From positions 3,392,001-3,456,000 of the forward strand of contig OY762069.1 of the NCBI GenBank assembly GCA_963665095.1: DNA of 64,000 nt, in the 5' to 3' direction. The translations under genes and the position numbers were made by a program. Shown here in pieces: positions 29,021 to 39,217 of this stretch. The notes under the pieces were generated by a model that ran no database searches, was not told the origin of the DNA, and was given only the letters and a program-made list of their open reading frames with translations. This DNA comes from an uncultured Desulfobacter sp. (GTDB lineage Bacteria > Desulfobacterota > Desulfobacteria > Desulfobacterales > Desulfobacteraceae). The stretch's first letter is position 1; each line of letters starts with the position of its first letter.

Positions 29021-29656
29021 ATGGAGAAACTGCGGGCAAGAACAGGAGAAGAAAAAGATATTCGTAAAAACCGGCTGCTTGCAACTGCCAAACATCTGTT
29101 TTCCACCCATGGGTATCAGGGTACCCGGATCAGCATGATTACCAGAGAAGCAGGCCTGAGTCCGGCAGCCTTTTACCTTTATTTCAAAGGCAAGACCGAC
29201 ATCTACCGGGCCCTTTGCCTGGAAGGTACAAAGGTATTGTCCGGCATGATCCGGGAATCCCTGTCCAGGGACTTTCCGGACCATATATCCAAAATCACGA
29301 CCCTGGGACGGGCCTATGTGGATTTTTTTGTTACACACCGGGCCTACTACGACATCATCACCGTCCACCACCTGGGACAGAATGATTTCTTCATGGATCT
29401 GGACATGGTGCCGGAACTGGAAGCCCGGGGAACGGAACTTCTGCACATCCTGTCATCGGTGATTGAAGCAGGCATCACTGCCAATGAGTTCAGCCCTGAA
29501 GACCCATGGAAAACTGCAGCCCTTTTGTGGGGAATGATGGACGGGGTGCTGCTCATGGAGGTCCGGCAGACCACAGGCTACATCGGCCTGGACCTTGAGG
29601 CCCTGATTCAACACTTCTTTAACACGGTTATGGCGGTTTTAAAGAAAAGAGACTAA
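29021..29656 (+). CDS. TetR/AcrR family regulator
   Basis: LLATAKHLFSTHGYQGTRISMITREAGLSPAAFYLYFKGK HTH; start may be 28988. Confidence 0.92.
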   Translation: MEKLRARTGEEKDIRKNRLLATAKHLFSTHGYQGTRISMITREAGLSPAAFYLYFKGKTDIYRALCLEGTKVLSGMIRESLSRDFPDHISKITTLGRAYVDFFVTHRAYYDIITVHHLGQNDFFMDLDMVPELEARGTELLHILSSVIEAGITANEFSPEDPWKTAALLWGMMDGVLLMEVRQTTGYIGLDLEALIQHFFNTVMAVLKKRD

Positions 29657-29738
29657 AAAATCCGGGATATAAATTGAAATATATTCATCAGGGAGTAAAA
29701 TAGACTCTGGCGGTTTGATGCACAAAAGGAGAATGAAA

Positions 29739-30215
29739 ATGAAAACCCTGATTGTTTATTCATCACAAACCGGAAATACCAGGAAACTTGCAGATAAAAT
29801 ATACGATACTCTGGACGGTGTCACAGACATCATCTCAGTGGAACAGGACCCGGATCCGACAGGCTATGATCTGGTGGCAGTCGGATTCTGGTACATGGGC
29901 GGCAAGCCCGACCCCAAATCCCAGAAGTTTCTGTCAAAAATCGGCTCAGGCACCAAAGTGTTCCTGTTCGCCACCCATGGGGCCGGCCGGGATTCTGAAC
30001 ATGCGAAAAACGGAATTTTAGCGGCGGTTAATCTTGTAAAAGAGGCTGAGGTGGTGGGGGCTTTCTCCTGCCAGGGGGAGGTCAATCCTGACATTCTTGA
30101 AAAAGTATCCCAGAGGCCCCAGCCGCCGGAATGGCTGCCGGAGGCACCTCTGGCCATTGGGCATCCCAATGAAAGCGATTTTGTTGAGCTTGTACAGATG
30201 TTGAAAAAAATTTAA
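29739..30215 (+). CDS. Flavodoxin-family protein
   Basis: LIVYSSQTGNTRKLA, GFW, FLFATHGA and FSCQGE; AGGAG RBS. Confidence 0.9.
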   Translation: MKTLIVYSSQTGNTRKLADKIYDTLDGVTDIISVEQDPDPTGYDLVAVGFWYMGGKPDPKSQKFLSKIGSGTKVFLFATHGAGRDSEHAKNGILAAVNLVKEAEVVGAFSCQGEVNPDILEKVSQRPQPPEWLPEAPLAIGHPNESDFVELVQMLKKI

Positions 30216-30368
30216 TCGGGACTCTGGTTGTATCGACAGGTCTGTTAGCACGGTTACTGCTTGCTTTCATGCCCGGGGGAATATTTCGTAACTATGATTT
30301 TTCTGCGGGCATGGGCCTGAACAGCAACCGGCTTGTTTAAGCGAAAAGTCTCACAAATCCAACAACCG

Positions 30369-31268
30369 TTAAAGATGCAGTCTTGTTTTCACACAATTTC
30401 TGCCGCCTTTTTCTTTTGCCTCATACAGGGCAAGGTCAGCCATTTCAATAAGATCCTTTTCCGTCATATCCTCTGAAGGAATTACTGAGGCCGCCCCCAG
30501 ACTGATGGTGGCATGGCCACACACCTTTGAGGATTCGTGGGGGATATTGAGCTGTTCAACCCCGGCGCGTACCTTCTGTGCAATTTCCACTGCCCCGTCA
30601 ATGGTGGTTTCAGGCAGGATGGCGGCGAACTCTTCCCCACCGTACCGGGCTGCCATATCCCGAGGACGACGCATGCACCCACCAAGGGCTGCTGCGATCT
30701 GCTTCAGGGTATCATCCCCCATCTGGTGCCCATAGGTGTCATTATAAAGTTTAAAGTGATCCACATCGCAGATAATCAGGCCAAGAGGGGAGCCATTGCG
30801 CTTCATTGCCCGCCACTCCTTTTCCAGGTAGGCGTCAAACCGGCGGCGGTTGGCAAGCCCGGTAAGGCCGTCCTGATTGGAGATCATGGTCAGTTTTTCA
30901 TTGGCATGCTCCAGGGCTTTCTGAATTTTGCGCCGTTTCTCAATCTCCAGGGTCAGGGCCTCATTTTTCTCCTGGAGTTCCCGGGTTCTCTCTTCCACCT
31001 TCAATTCAAGATTTTTTGAGTATTCATCAATTTTTTCATTGGCTTTCTCCAGATCGCTGATTTTCATCTCCAGGGCAAACTCCCTGCCCTCGATTTTCAC
31101 CAGCATAAACCCGATACTCTCGCTCAACTCGGCAATTAAAGGATGCTGCTCTTCTTTGGTAAACTCAAACAACGTGTTTACATCGGCGTTTTCATACGTT
31201 CCATAGGCGATGGCATGACAAAGTTTCGTAAGCGTTTTTATATTGGCCAGGTCGTCGGTATCTGACAT
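30369..31268 (-). CDS. Diguanylate cyclase (GGDEF)
   Basis: DGLTGLANRR, DVDHFK.YND.YGH..GD, RPRD I-site and RYGGEEF; coiled-coil N-terminus. Confidence 0.95.
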   Translation of the reverse strand: MSDTDDLANIKTLTKLCHAIAYGTYENADVNTLFEFTKEEQHPLIAELSESIGFMLVKIEGREFALEMKISDLEKANEKIDEYSKNLELKVEERTRELQEKNEALTLEIEKRRKIQKALEHANEKLTMISNQDGLTGLANRRRFDAYLEKEWRAMKRNGSPLGLIICDVDHFKLYNDTYGHQMGDDTLKQIAAALGGCMRRPRDMAARYGGEEFAAILPETTIDGAVEIAQKVRAGVEQLNIPHESSKVCGHATISLGAASVIPSEDMTEKDLIEMADLALYEAKEKGGRNCVKTRLHL

Positions 31269-31386
31269 AAACTTTCCTGTTATTTTGAATGATTTTAATA
31301 GACGTTAAATATGAACGTAATATCGTAAAATGATCAGGAACCCTGCCCTTTGTCAAGAAGAATATCAGATAAGATAAGGGGTGTTC

Positions 31387-31431
31387 AGCTCCGGCGCGAA
31401 TTTGAGAGCAAAACAAATTCCCACCGGAGCT
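31387..31431. terminator. Stem-loop downstream of the acyl-CoA dehydrogenase operon
   Basis: agctccgg..gaatttg / caaattc..ccggagct inverted repeat. Confidence 0.45.
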
Positions 31432-31458
31432 TAAGGTTTGTGCAGTGTTAACTTTTCG

Positions 31459-33282
31459 CTAATCAGTAAACAGATCTTCACCCACAGCAGCCGTCATCTG
31501 CCCGCTGTTTTTGATCACGGCCTGCAGGCTTTTTATTTTGGGCAGTTCATACCGGTAAAAATAGGCAGCCACAGCCAGCTTGCCTTCCAGGAACCGCTGC
31601 TGTTTTTTGCCGGGTTTATCATTGGCCAGGGAGGCATAGGCCGGCACCGCCATGGTCAGCCACTGCCAGGCAATCACCAGGAGGCCGAACATTTCCAGGA
31701 AAGGCACGGCATCGGTGAGAAAAGCTTCCGGCCCTTTTTCAGCAGCCACGCTGCCCAGGAACAGGGAGGTATTCTCCACATCAGACAGGGCTTCCTCCAG
31801 ATCCGATACCAGGTCTGCCGGATGGCAGATCACATCTTTATCCCGGCCCAGTTCCCGTGCAGCTGCCAGTGCATCACTGATCTCCTGTTTGAGCAGCATA
31901 AAGGTTTTCCCGTTCTCCATGGCCAGTTTACGCCCTAAAAGGTCCATGCCCTGAATACCGGTGGTGCCTTCATGGATGGGATGGATGCGGGTGTCCCTGA
32001 AATGCTGTTCCACTGGGAAATCATCGCAATACCCGTACCCGCCAAAGCACTGGATGGCAGCGGACGTGGACAGAATGGCCATCTCGGAGGGGAAGGTTTT
32101 GGCCACAGGAGTTAAAAGTTCCAGCAGCAGGTGGCAGTCTTTGTCATCAGTGCCGGTTTTCAAAATATCCTCGTACATGCCGCAGTGCAGTATCAGACAC
32201 AGGGAGCCTTCGGTAATGGCCCGCTGGAAAAGCAGCATGCGCTTGACATCCGCGTGCTGGATAATGGGTACCTGATCAGACCCTTTGGGTGCTGTCACAG
32301 ACCGTCCCTGACAGCGCTGCCGGCAATAATCCAGGGCACTGTGGTAGGCGGCCGTGGCGATGGAAGTCGCACCCATGCCCACGTCCAGCCGGGCGCCGTT
32401 CATCATCTGGAACATATAGGCAAGCCCTCTATGAGGCTCACCCACCAGATACCCCAGGCACCCGTCTTTCTGACCGATGCTTAAACCGGTAATGGGGGCT
32501 CCCCGGTATCCCAGCTTGTGAAAAACCTGGGCAACCACCACATCATTGGGCACAAGCTCACCGTTTTCCGGCCGGAACTTGGGCACCACAAAAAGAGAGA
32601 TACCCTTGACGCCGGGCTTGGCCCCTTTGATCCTGGCCAGCATCAGGTGTACCACATTGTCCACCCCGTTATGGTCACCGGCAGAGATAAAAATCTTCTC
32701 ACCGCTGATTTTATAGATGCCTTTTTCCTCATCCACGGGGTCGGCCGCAGTGACCAGATCCCCAAGTGAAGTGCCGGACTCAGGCTCGGTCAGGGCCATG
32801 GTGCCCTGCCACTCTCCGGCCAGCATTTTAGGCAGATACTGCTCCTTAAGTTCATCTGAACCAAAGCTTAAAATCAGTCTGGCGGCCCCCATGGTTAGCC
32901 CTGCATACACAGAAGCCGAGTAGTTGGATGATGCAAAAATGTAGTTGATACTATGGAGCAGGATGTCCGGCATATCCTCACCACCCCATTTCTCGGGAAA
33001 TCCGGCCGATATCCAGCCGTCCTCGCCCAGAGTCTTAAGCATGGGCCGCACGCCTGGATGCACCTTGACCTGGCCATCCTCAAGTTCCGGCGGGTTGTGG
33101 TCCATCTCCTGAAACATGGGCCGCATCTCTTTATCAGCAATGTCAAACGCCGCTTTAAACACCATATCCAGGGTTTTTGCATTCCGTCCGTCCAAAATAT
33201 CCCCGGCCTTCTCCCGATAGCGGCTGGCCCGGGTTTCCAGAGTAAACTTCAGGTTCTGCATGCTTAAAAATTTTTCAGCCAT
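31459..33282 (-). CDS. Acyl-CoA dehydrogenase (long, ~600 aa type)
   Basis: GTMALTEPESGTSLG, GEKIFISAG, HKLG and QCFGGYGY..RDTRIHPIHEGTTGIQ. Confidence 0.95.
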   Translation of the reverse strand: MAEKFLSMQNLKFTLETRASRYREKAGDILDGRNAKTLDMVFKAAFDIADKEMRPMFQEMDHNPPELEDGQVKVHPGVRPMLKTLGEDGWISAGFPEKWGGEDMPDILLHSINYIFASSNYSASVYAGLTMGAARLILSFGSDELKEQYLPKMLAGEWQGTMALTEPESGTSLGDLVTAADPVDEEKGIYKISGEKIFISAGDHNGVDNVVHLMLARIKGAKPGVKGISLFVVPKFRPENGELVPNDVVVAQVFHKLGYRGAPITGLSIGQKDGCLGYLVGEPHRGLAYMFQMMNGARLDVGMGATSIATAAYHSALDYCRQRCQGRSVTAPKGSDQVPIIQHADVKRMLLFQRAITEGSLCLILHCGMYEDILKTGTDDKDCHLLLELLTPVAKTFPSEMAILSTSAAIQCFGGYGYCDDFPVEQHFRDTRIHPIHEGTTGIQGMDLLGRKLAMENGKTFMLLKQEISDALAAARELGRDKDVICHPADLVSDLEEALSDVENTSLFLGSVAAEKGPEAFLTDAVPFLEMFGLLVIAWQWLTMAVPAYASLANDKPGKKQQRFLEGKLAVAAYFYRYELPKIKSLQAVIKNSGQMTAAVGEDLFTD

Positions 33283-33367
33283 GATTGATCTCCAAATAAA
33301 GGCCGTAATCCGGCCATACAGATTGTTTCAGGTTGCTTTATACCTTCATCTAATTTGATCCTTTAAG

Positions 33368-33396
33368 ATCAGGACCGGTAAAAACCGGTCCCTGAT
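33368..33396. other. Intergenic stem-loop within the operon
   Basis: atcagg-accggt aaaa accggt-c-cctgat. Confidence 0.45.
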
Positions 33397-33401
33397 ATGG
33401 T

Positions 33402-34301
33402 CTATCGAATCCCCTTTAAGAAATCCGGGCCAAGAAAGGCGGGATTGGGGTAGGAGTAGAACCCCTTGCCGGTCTTGACGCCCAGTTCGCCGCGGTCCAC
33501 ATAGGTTTTCAGAAATGCGGCATTTTTTGTTTTCTGGGGATCCTTTGTGATGTTGGCCCAGTAATCGGTTACCTTGTGTACGGTCCCGATCCCGACGGAA
33601 TCCATAATGCAGAAAGGTCCCAGGTGTGTATGTGTAATACCCATCCAGGCCCGGTCAATGTCCTCTACAGACGCCACTTCATTGGCTGCCAGCTTCAGGG
33701 CCGCATCCATCCAGTCCGCAAGCATGGTATTAAACACATACCCGTGCTGTTCTTTTTGCAGTTCAATAGGGAACTGGCCAATGGCGGCACAGAATTCCCG
33801 CACGGATTCAAGTGTTTCCGGAGAGGTACCGGGGTGGGGCATGATGTCCACCACATTGGTCACCCTGACATCATGAAAATGAAAGGCACAGAACCTGTCT
33901 GGCCGGCCCGTATCTTCGGCAATCATGGAAGGCACCAGGGTGGAGGTATTGGTGGTGAAGATGGTGTGTTCAGGGCAGATGTCGTTAAACTGGCTGAACA
34001 CTTTCTTTTTTAACGCCGGATCTTCGGGAACGGATTCACTGATGAAATCGGCATTGCTGCCGGCCGTTTCCGGATCACTGGTATAGGAAACCCGCGCCAG
34101 GCTTGTGTCAGCCTGTTCTTCAGTGATCCGCTTTGCATTGACCATCCATGCGGGCAGTTTGGCAAGACGCTTCCGGGCCGTTTCCAGAGCCGCTTCAAAG
34201 GGGTCATAGATTGTTACGTTAAAACCGGACGCTGCGCACTGAAATCCGATCTGGCTGCCCATGCTGCCGGCACCCAGAATCAGCACATTTTTGATATCCA
34301 T
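33402..34301 (-). CDS. 3-hydroxyacyl-CoA dehydrogenase
   Basis: GAGSMGSQIG, ESVPE..K, TNTSTL and LGVKTGKGFYSY. Confidence 0.92.
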   Translation of the reverse strand: MDIKNVLILGAGSMGSQIGFQCAASGFNVTIYDPFEAALETARKRLAKLPAWMVNAKRITEEQADTSLARVSYTSDPETAGSNADFISESVPEDPALKKKVFSQFNDICPEHTIFTTNTSTLVPSMIAEDTGRPDRFCAFHFHDVRVTNVVDIMPHPGTSPETLESVREFCAAIGQFPIELQKEQHGYVFNTMLADWMDAALKLAANEVASVEDIDRAWMGITHTHLGPFCIMDSVGIGTVHKVTDYWANITKDPQKTKNAAFLKTYVDRGELGVKTGKGFYSYPNPAFLGPDFLKGIR

Positions 34302-34310
34302 ATTGTTTTC

Positions 34311-35063
34311 CTAAATTAAAAGGCCGCCGTCCACTACCAGACATGTACCGGTGGTGTAAGAGGCGGCATCAGACACCAGATAAAGAACCGCCCCGGCCAT
34401 CTCCTCGGGCTGGGCATACCTGCCCATGGGAATCTGGGGAAGGATATAATCTGAGATCTCTTTGGAGGAAGTCAGGGCTGAGGCAAATTTTGTATCGGTC
34501 AGTCCGGGCAGAAGGGCGTTCACCCGGATACCTTTGGGTGCCAGCTCCCTGGCCAGGGATTTGGTCATATTGATCAGGGCCTCTTTGGTGGATGAGTAAA
34601 CACCCTGGAAAAGCCCGGGACGCATGGCATTAACAGAGGAAACATTCACAATGGCCCCGCCCTCTTTCATCAGAGGTACGGCATACTTGATCATGAAGAA
34701 CGGACCTTTAACATTGACATCCAGGGTTTTGTCCCAGATCCCTGCATCGGCTGTCAGCATCTCACCGAAATGGGGGTTGGTGGCAGCATTGTTCATAAGG
34801 ATGTCCAGACGGCCGTACTTTTCCATGACTTTATTGAACATGGCTTCAATCTGGTCCGGGTAACCCGTATGGCAGGCCATGGGTTCAGCATCTCCACCGG
34901 CTTCTTTGATCTCGGCAGCCGCAGCCTCAAGGCCTTCGATCTTACGGCTCACCAGAACCACTTTTGCCCCGTACTGGGCCATTTTTTTTGCACAGGCAAA
35001 GCCGATGCCGCGGCTGGCACCGGTGATGACGGCAACTTTTGAACTCAGATCAAAATCTTTCAT
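34311..35063 (-). CDS. SDR oxidoreductase (DHRS4/LvaD-like)
   Basis: TGASRGIG, NNAATNPHFG, YSSTK and IRVNALLPGL. Confidence 0.92.
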   Translation of the reverse strand: MKDFDLSSKVAVITGASRGIGFACAKKMAQYGAKVVLVSRKIEGLEAAAAEIKEAGGDAEPMACHTGYPDQIEAMFNKVMEKYGRLDILMNNAATNPHFGEMLTADAGIWDKTLDVNVKGPFFMIKYAVPLMKEGGAIVNVSSVNAMRPGLFQGVYSSTKEALINMTKSLARELAPKGIRVNALLPGLTDTKFASALTSSKEISDYILPQIPMGRYAQPEEMAGAVLYLVSDAASYTTGTCLVVDGGLLI

Positions 35064-35134
35064 GATGGTCTCCTAAAAATTGGGGCGTATTCTGCCCGGT
35101 TAGTTATCCATTAACCAATTTCTCAAGGGGGTCT

Positions 35135-36196
35135 TCAAGATTTTTCCACTATATCCATGGTTGTCTTCTCCAGGGCATTCACCCCGTGAATCAGCATGGC
35201 AAACCGCTTGTTTTTTGTCAGTCCGTGGTAAAACCGGTTGTAAATCTGCTGGGCAATCACGGCCAGACGGAACATTCCAAAACACAGATAATAGTCAAAC
35301 CCGGACACATCCCGGCCGGTTTTCTCCCCATAGCGTTCAATGACCTGCTGCCGGGTCATGGCGCCCGGCAGATGGGAGGGGATGGTGCGCATGGCATGCA
35401 GATAAGGCGGGTCATCGGCCTGAATCCAGTAGGCAAGTCCGTTACCAAGATCCATGAACGGATCACCGTAAGTGGCCATCTCCCAGTCAAGAATGCCGGT
35501 GATGGTTTCAGGCGAAGCAGGATCCAGCACCAGATTGTCCATTTTATAATCATTATGGACCATAACCGGCCGGTCTGTATCTGCCGGCATGTTGTCCGCC
35601 AGCCATGTCATGACCGTTTCAAAATTCGGGGCGTCGGGCGTAATCGCTTTTTTGTACCGGGCTGACCAGCCCTCCACCTGCCGTTTCACATAGCCTTTGG
35701 GTTTGCCAATATGATCCAGCCCGGCAGCCTTCATGTCTATATTGTGGATCTCCACCAGGGTATCTGTCAGATTTTCACACAATTTTCGCATCTGGTCTTC
35801 CGACAGGGTCAGCCCTTCAGGAAGGTCTTTTCTTAAGATGATGCCGGACAATTTTTCCATGACAAAAAACGGGGCACCGATCACGCTTTCGTCGTCACAA
35901 TAGACCAGGGGTTTGGGGCACCGGGGAAATACCGGATAAACCGCGGAAAGCACTTTGAATTCGCGTTCCATGTCATGGCCCTTATCCACCTTTGCTCCGA
36001 TGGGCGGGCATCTGAGTACCATCTCCATATTGTCTGCCCGGATTTGATAGGTCAGATTTGAAAACCCGCTGGGGAACTGACTTACTTCAACATCCCCGGA
36101 CAGGCCTTCAATATGTGCCTTCAGATATTCGCCCACGGCCTTGGCATTGATCTCCTCTCCCGGCCGTATATTTGTTGCCTTATCCATCATATCCAT
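35135..36196 (-). CDS. Aminoglycoside-phosphotransferase-family kinase (ACAD10/11 N-terminal/LvaA-like)
   Basis: QFPSGFSNLTY, HDMEREF, HNDYKMDN and LDWEMAT.GDP..DLG. Confidence 0.9.
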   Translation of the reverse strand: MDMMDKATNIRPGEEINAKAVGEYLKAHIEGLSGDVEVSQFPSGFSNLTYQIRADNMEMVLRCPPIGAKVDKGHDMEREFKVLSAVYPVFPRCPKPLVYCDDESVIGAPFFVMEKLSGIILRKDLPEGLTLSEDQMRKLCENLTDTLVEIHNIDMKAAGLDHIGKPKGYVKRQVEGWSARYKKAITPDAPNFETVMTWLADNMPADTDRPVMVHNDYKMDNLVLDPASPETITGILDWEMATYGDPFMDLGNGLAYWIQADDPPYLHAMRTIPSHLPGAMTRQQVIERYGEKTGRDVSGFDYYLCFGMFRLAVIAQQIYNRFYHGLTKNKRFAMLIHGVNALEKTTMDIVEKS

Positions 36197-36208
36197 AAAA
36201 TCTACCCC

Positions 36209-36904
36209 TCATGTTAATAATTGAAGATTACAGCAAAATCCTTCCACCATCTCAAGGACATGATTTGCAAACTGATCCACGGTGACTTTCTGGCGGGTGT
36301 ATTTCCACCGCTTCAGATACCACTCCTGCTGCAGCGCCTTGATCAGGCACGCGGTGAGATGATGATCGGCCGGTTTGAACACCCCGTCATCCTCACCCTG
36401 CTGCAGAATCCCGGTTAAAAGATCCGTGGTATACTCCTCCATTGTGCGCACCGCCTCAAACCCTTTGGGAGTCAGGTCCCTTGCCTCCATAAAGGTGAAG
36501 TAGAACCAGGGCCTGAACAGTTCGGACATAAAAATATGCGCCTTGATCACGGCCCGGAGCCGGACCAGAGGAACGGACTTCTCTTCAGCAAACTGATCCA
36601 GGGTCTCTTTCACCAGAATGCGGCCCTGGGACTGAATAATATCCTGCAGCTGTTCCTTGCCGGGGAAATAGGCATAAAGGGCACCTAAACTCATGCCGGT
36701 CTTGGCACTAAGGTCCCGCATGCTCATGCCCTGAAACCCCTTTTTATAGGTGATGCTGAACACGGCACTCAGGATTTTCTCCAGGTTGACCACGGCTGTT
36801 TTTTCTTTCTTGATACGCATGATATCCTGGTTATCCAGAAACACCTGCCGGGCAATGTCACTTGCCCGGCAGGCATACTGCTTTTTGAACTCTGCATAAT
36901 CCAT
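36209..36904 (-). CDS. TetR/AcrR family regulator
   Basis: KGFQGMSMRDLSAKTGMSLGALYAYFPGKE; ATG 1 nt after the upstream stop. Confidence 0.9.
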   Translation of the reverse strand: MDYAEFKKQYACRASDIARQVFLDNQDIMRIKKEKTAVVNLEKILSAVFSITYKKGFQGMSMRDLSAKTGMSLGALYAYFPGKEQLQDIIQSQGRILVKETLDQFAEEKSVPLVRLRAVIKAHIFMSELFRPWFYFTFMEARDLTPKGFEAVRTMEEYTTDLLTGILQQGEDDGVFKPADHHLTACLIKALQQEWYLKRWKYTRQKVTVDQFANHVLEMVEGFCCNLQLLT

Positions 36905-36905
36905 T

Positions 36906-38108
36906 TCAGCGTTTGGGGTCATATTTGCGAAGAATCCGTTTGGCCAGGGAGGTTTTATGGACTTCATCGGCCCCGTCGTAAATCCGGGCGGCCCGTTCAT
37001 GGCGATAGAACCATGCCAGAATGGTGTCATCGGTCATGCCAAGGCCGCCGTGCACCTGCAGGGCCCGGTCCACAATGCGGCCCATGGTGTTGGCCACCAC
37101 AAATTTAATCATGGAGATGGAATCCCGGGCAGCGGCGGCACCCACGCTGTCGATCTGCCAGGCAGAGTTCAGGGTTAAAAGCCGTGCCTGTTCCAGTTCC
37201 GCCGTCGATTCCGCCACCCAGTTCTGTATGGTCTGGCGGGTGGCAAGGGTTTTTCCGGAAGGGTGGATCACCCGGGTAGAGGCTCTGTGACACATCAGGT
37301 CCAGGGAGCGGCGGCAGATGCCCAGCCAGCGCATGCAGTGGTGAATCCGGCCCGGTCCTAAACGGTCCTGGGCCATGACAAAGCCCTGACCCTCTTTGCC
37401 CAGGATATTTTCCTGGGGTACCCGGCAGTTTTCCATGATGATTTCGCCGTGGCTGAAGTACCCGTCGCCTTCGTGGCCCATCACCGGAATATTCCTGATC
37501 CGGTTAAAGCCAGGGGTGTCTGTAGGCACGATGATCATACTGGCCTGAAGATAGGTGGAGGCTTCCGGATTGGTCACGGCCATGACAATGCAGAAATCCG
37601 CCCCGTCTGCAGCTGTGGTGTACCATTTATGTCCGTTGATGACGTAATCGCCTCCATCCTTCACTGCCGTGGTCTCCAGCATCACCGGGTTGGAGCCGGG
37701 CATGTCCACTTCAGTCATGCCGAAGCAGGAGCGGATATCCCCCTTGACCAGGGGAACCAGCCAGCGCTCTTTCTGGGCTTCGGTGCCGTGTTCGTGCAGA
37801 ATTTCCACGTTGCCGGCATCAGGTGCCTGACACCAGAACACATAATGGCCTAAAGGGGACCGGCCCAAGGCTTCGGACACAAGGCCGTGCTCAACCAGAG
37901 AGAGGCCCATGCCGCCGCATTCCACCGGGAAATTGGGCGCCCACAGCTCCATTTTCCGGACCATGTCCTGTTTTTCTTTCAGCACCGGCAGCATTGATTC
38001 AAATGAATGGGTCATGAATTCCGGTTCCAGGGGGATCAGTTCCTTGTCCACAAACTCATTGATCATGGAAACGATGGTCTGGATACGGTCTGAAATCTGA
38101 AAATCCAC
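36906..38108 (-). CDS. Acyl-CoA dehydrogenase (FadE2/ACAD10-11/LvaC-like)
   Basis: CQAPDAGNVEIL, RSCFGMTE, AQDRLGPGRIHHCMR and RIYDGADEVH; GTG start after AAGGAG. Confidence 0.93.
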   Translation of the reverse strand: MDFQISDRIQTIVSMINEFVDKELIPLEPEFMTHSFESMLPVLKEKQDMVRKMELWAPNFPVECGGMGLSLVEHGLVSEALGRSPLGHYVFWCQAPDAGNVEILHEHGTEAQKERWLVPLVKGDIRSCFGMTEVDMPGSNPVMLETTAVKDGGDYVINGHKWYTTAADGADFCIVMAVTNPEASTYLQASMIIVPTDTPGFNRIRNIPVMGHEGDGYFSHGEIIMENCRVPQENILGKEGQGFVMAQDRLGPGRIHHCMRWLGICRRSLDLMCHRASTRVIHPSGKTLATRQTIQNWVAESTAELEQARLLTLNSAWQIDSVGAAAARDSISMIKFVVANTMGRIVDRALQVHGGLGMTDDTILAWFYRHERAARIYDGADEVHKTSLAKRILRKYDPKR

Positions 38109-38140
38109 CGCAGATCTCCTTTCTTTAAAATGGTTAGGGT

Positions 38141-38193
38141 ATATTAATCCTGTCCTTCAAACGAAGTCAAGCAAAGTTACGAACAAACGTTCG
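38141..38193 (-). promoter_or_regulatory. Promoter (TTGACT..TAATAT) with upstream CGAAC-N4-GTTCG operator
   Basis: -35 at 38165-70; perfect 5-bp inverted repeat at 38180-93. Confidence 0.55.
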
Positions 38194-38200
38194 AAAGCTT

Positions 38201-39217
38201 TTACTGGTCTTTCTTTGGCTCTGCATCCAGGAAAGCATCTATAAATTCAACCACATCTGCCTGGATGGTTAAATCCGCGTGCCGTGCCATGGGTGCGTCT
38301 TTATTTTTGTTGATACTGACTACCCACCGGGATCCTGCCATACCGGCCAGGTGCTGTGACGAGCCGGATATACCGCAGGCAATATATAGCTCCGGTGCCA
38401 CCGTGGCACCGGTGATCCCCACCTGATACCGGTACGGCAGCCAGCCCTGGTCGATCAGGGGCCGGGAGGCCCCCACACTGGATTTGGAAAATACCTTTGA
38501 AAATTCAACTATTTTGTCCAGATTTTCCTTCTCTTCAATTCCCCTGCCAGCCGAGACAAGGACCCGGGCATCGGCCAGCCCTGAGCTGCCCTCGTCCCGG
38601 AAGGTTATGGCTTTTCGCTCTATGCGCGAATCAATGTTTTCCAACGACAGGCTTAGCTGTGTCAGCCGGCCGTCGTTCTTCCCATCCTGCGTCCGGGAAG
38701 CCTTGTGGGTAAAGGCACCCGGGGCCAGGGTAAGAAAAAGCCTGCTACCTGCACCCGGATATACTGCCACCTGTTTTTCATTGTCCATCACCGACCGGAT
38801 AAATCCGAGATGGCCGTCATCGGCACGGCACACCCCCCGGACACCGGACACGGCACACCCCTCAAGGGACACTGCCAGCCGGGGCACCACCTCACGGCCA
38901 AGGGTGGTATGGGCCATTAACAAAGCAGAAAAAGAGAGATCTTTAACCACCTGTAACAGTCCCCGGATCAGGGAACCCGGGGTCAAGTCCCCGGACCAGG
39001 TCACGGCAGTGGTATCATATCCGGTGGTGTCAAAAAAATATTTCGCCGCAGTTTCAGGCAAACGTCCCGGCACCAGAATGTGAACCGGACTCACGTTCAT
39101 TCCGGATGCAGTCAGCCCCTGCTGCTCCAGAATCTTTTCCGCGCCCCGGACAAGTTCCAGAGTATGGGCACAGGCCTGGTCTTCTTTAAGCTCTGCCACC
39201 ACCAGAATTGGATTCAC
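38201..39217 (-). CDS. etfA: Electron transfer flavoprotein alpha subunit
   Basis: VSAGRG, VGASRP, QVGITGATVAPELYIACGISGSSQHLAGM and INKNKDAP. Confidence 0.93.
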   Translation of the reverse strand: MNPILVVAELKEDQACAHTLELVRGAEKILEQQGLTASGMNVSPVHILVPGRLPETAAKYFFDTTGYDTTAVTWSGDLTPGSLIRGLLQVVKDLSFSALLMAHTTLGREVVPRLAVSLEGCAVSGVRGVCRADDGHLGFIRSVMDNEKQVAVYPGAGSRLFLTLAPGAFTHKASRTQDGKNDGRLTQLSLSLENIDSRIERKAITFRDEGSSGLADARVLVSAGRGIEEKENLDKIVEFSKVFSKSSVGASRPLIDQGWLPYRYQVGITGATVAPELYIACGISGSSQHLAGMAGSRWVVSINKNKDAPMARHADLTIQADVVEFIDAFLDAEPKKDQ

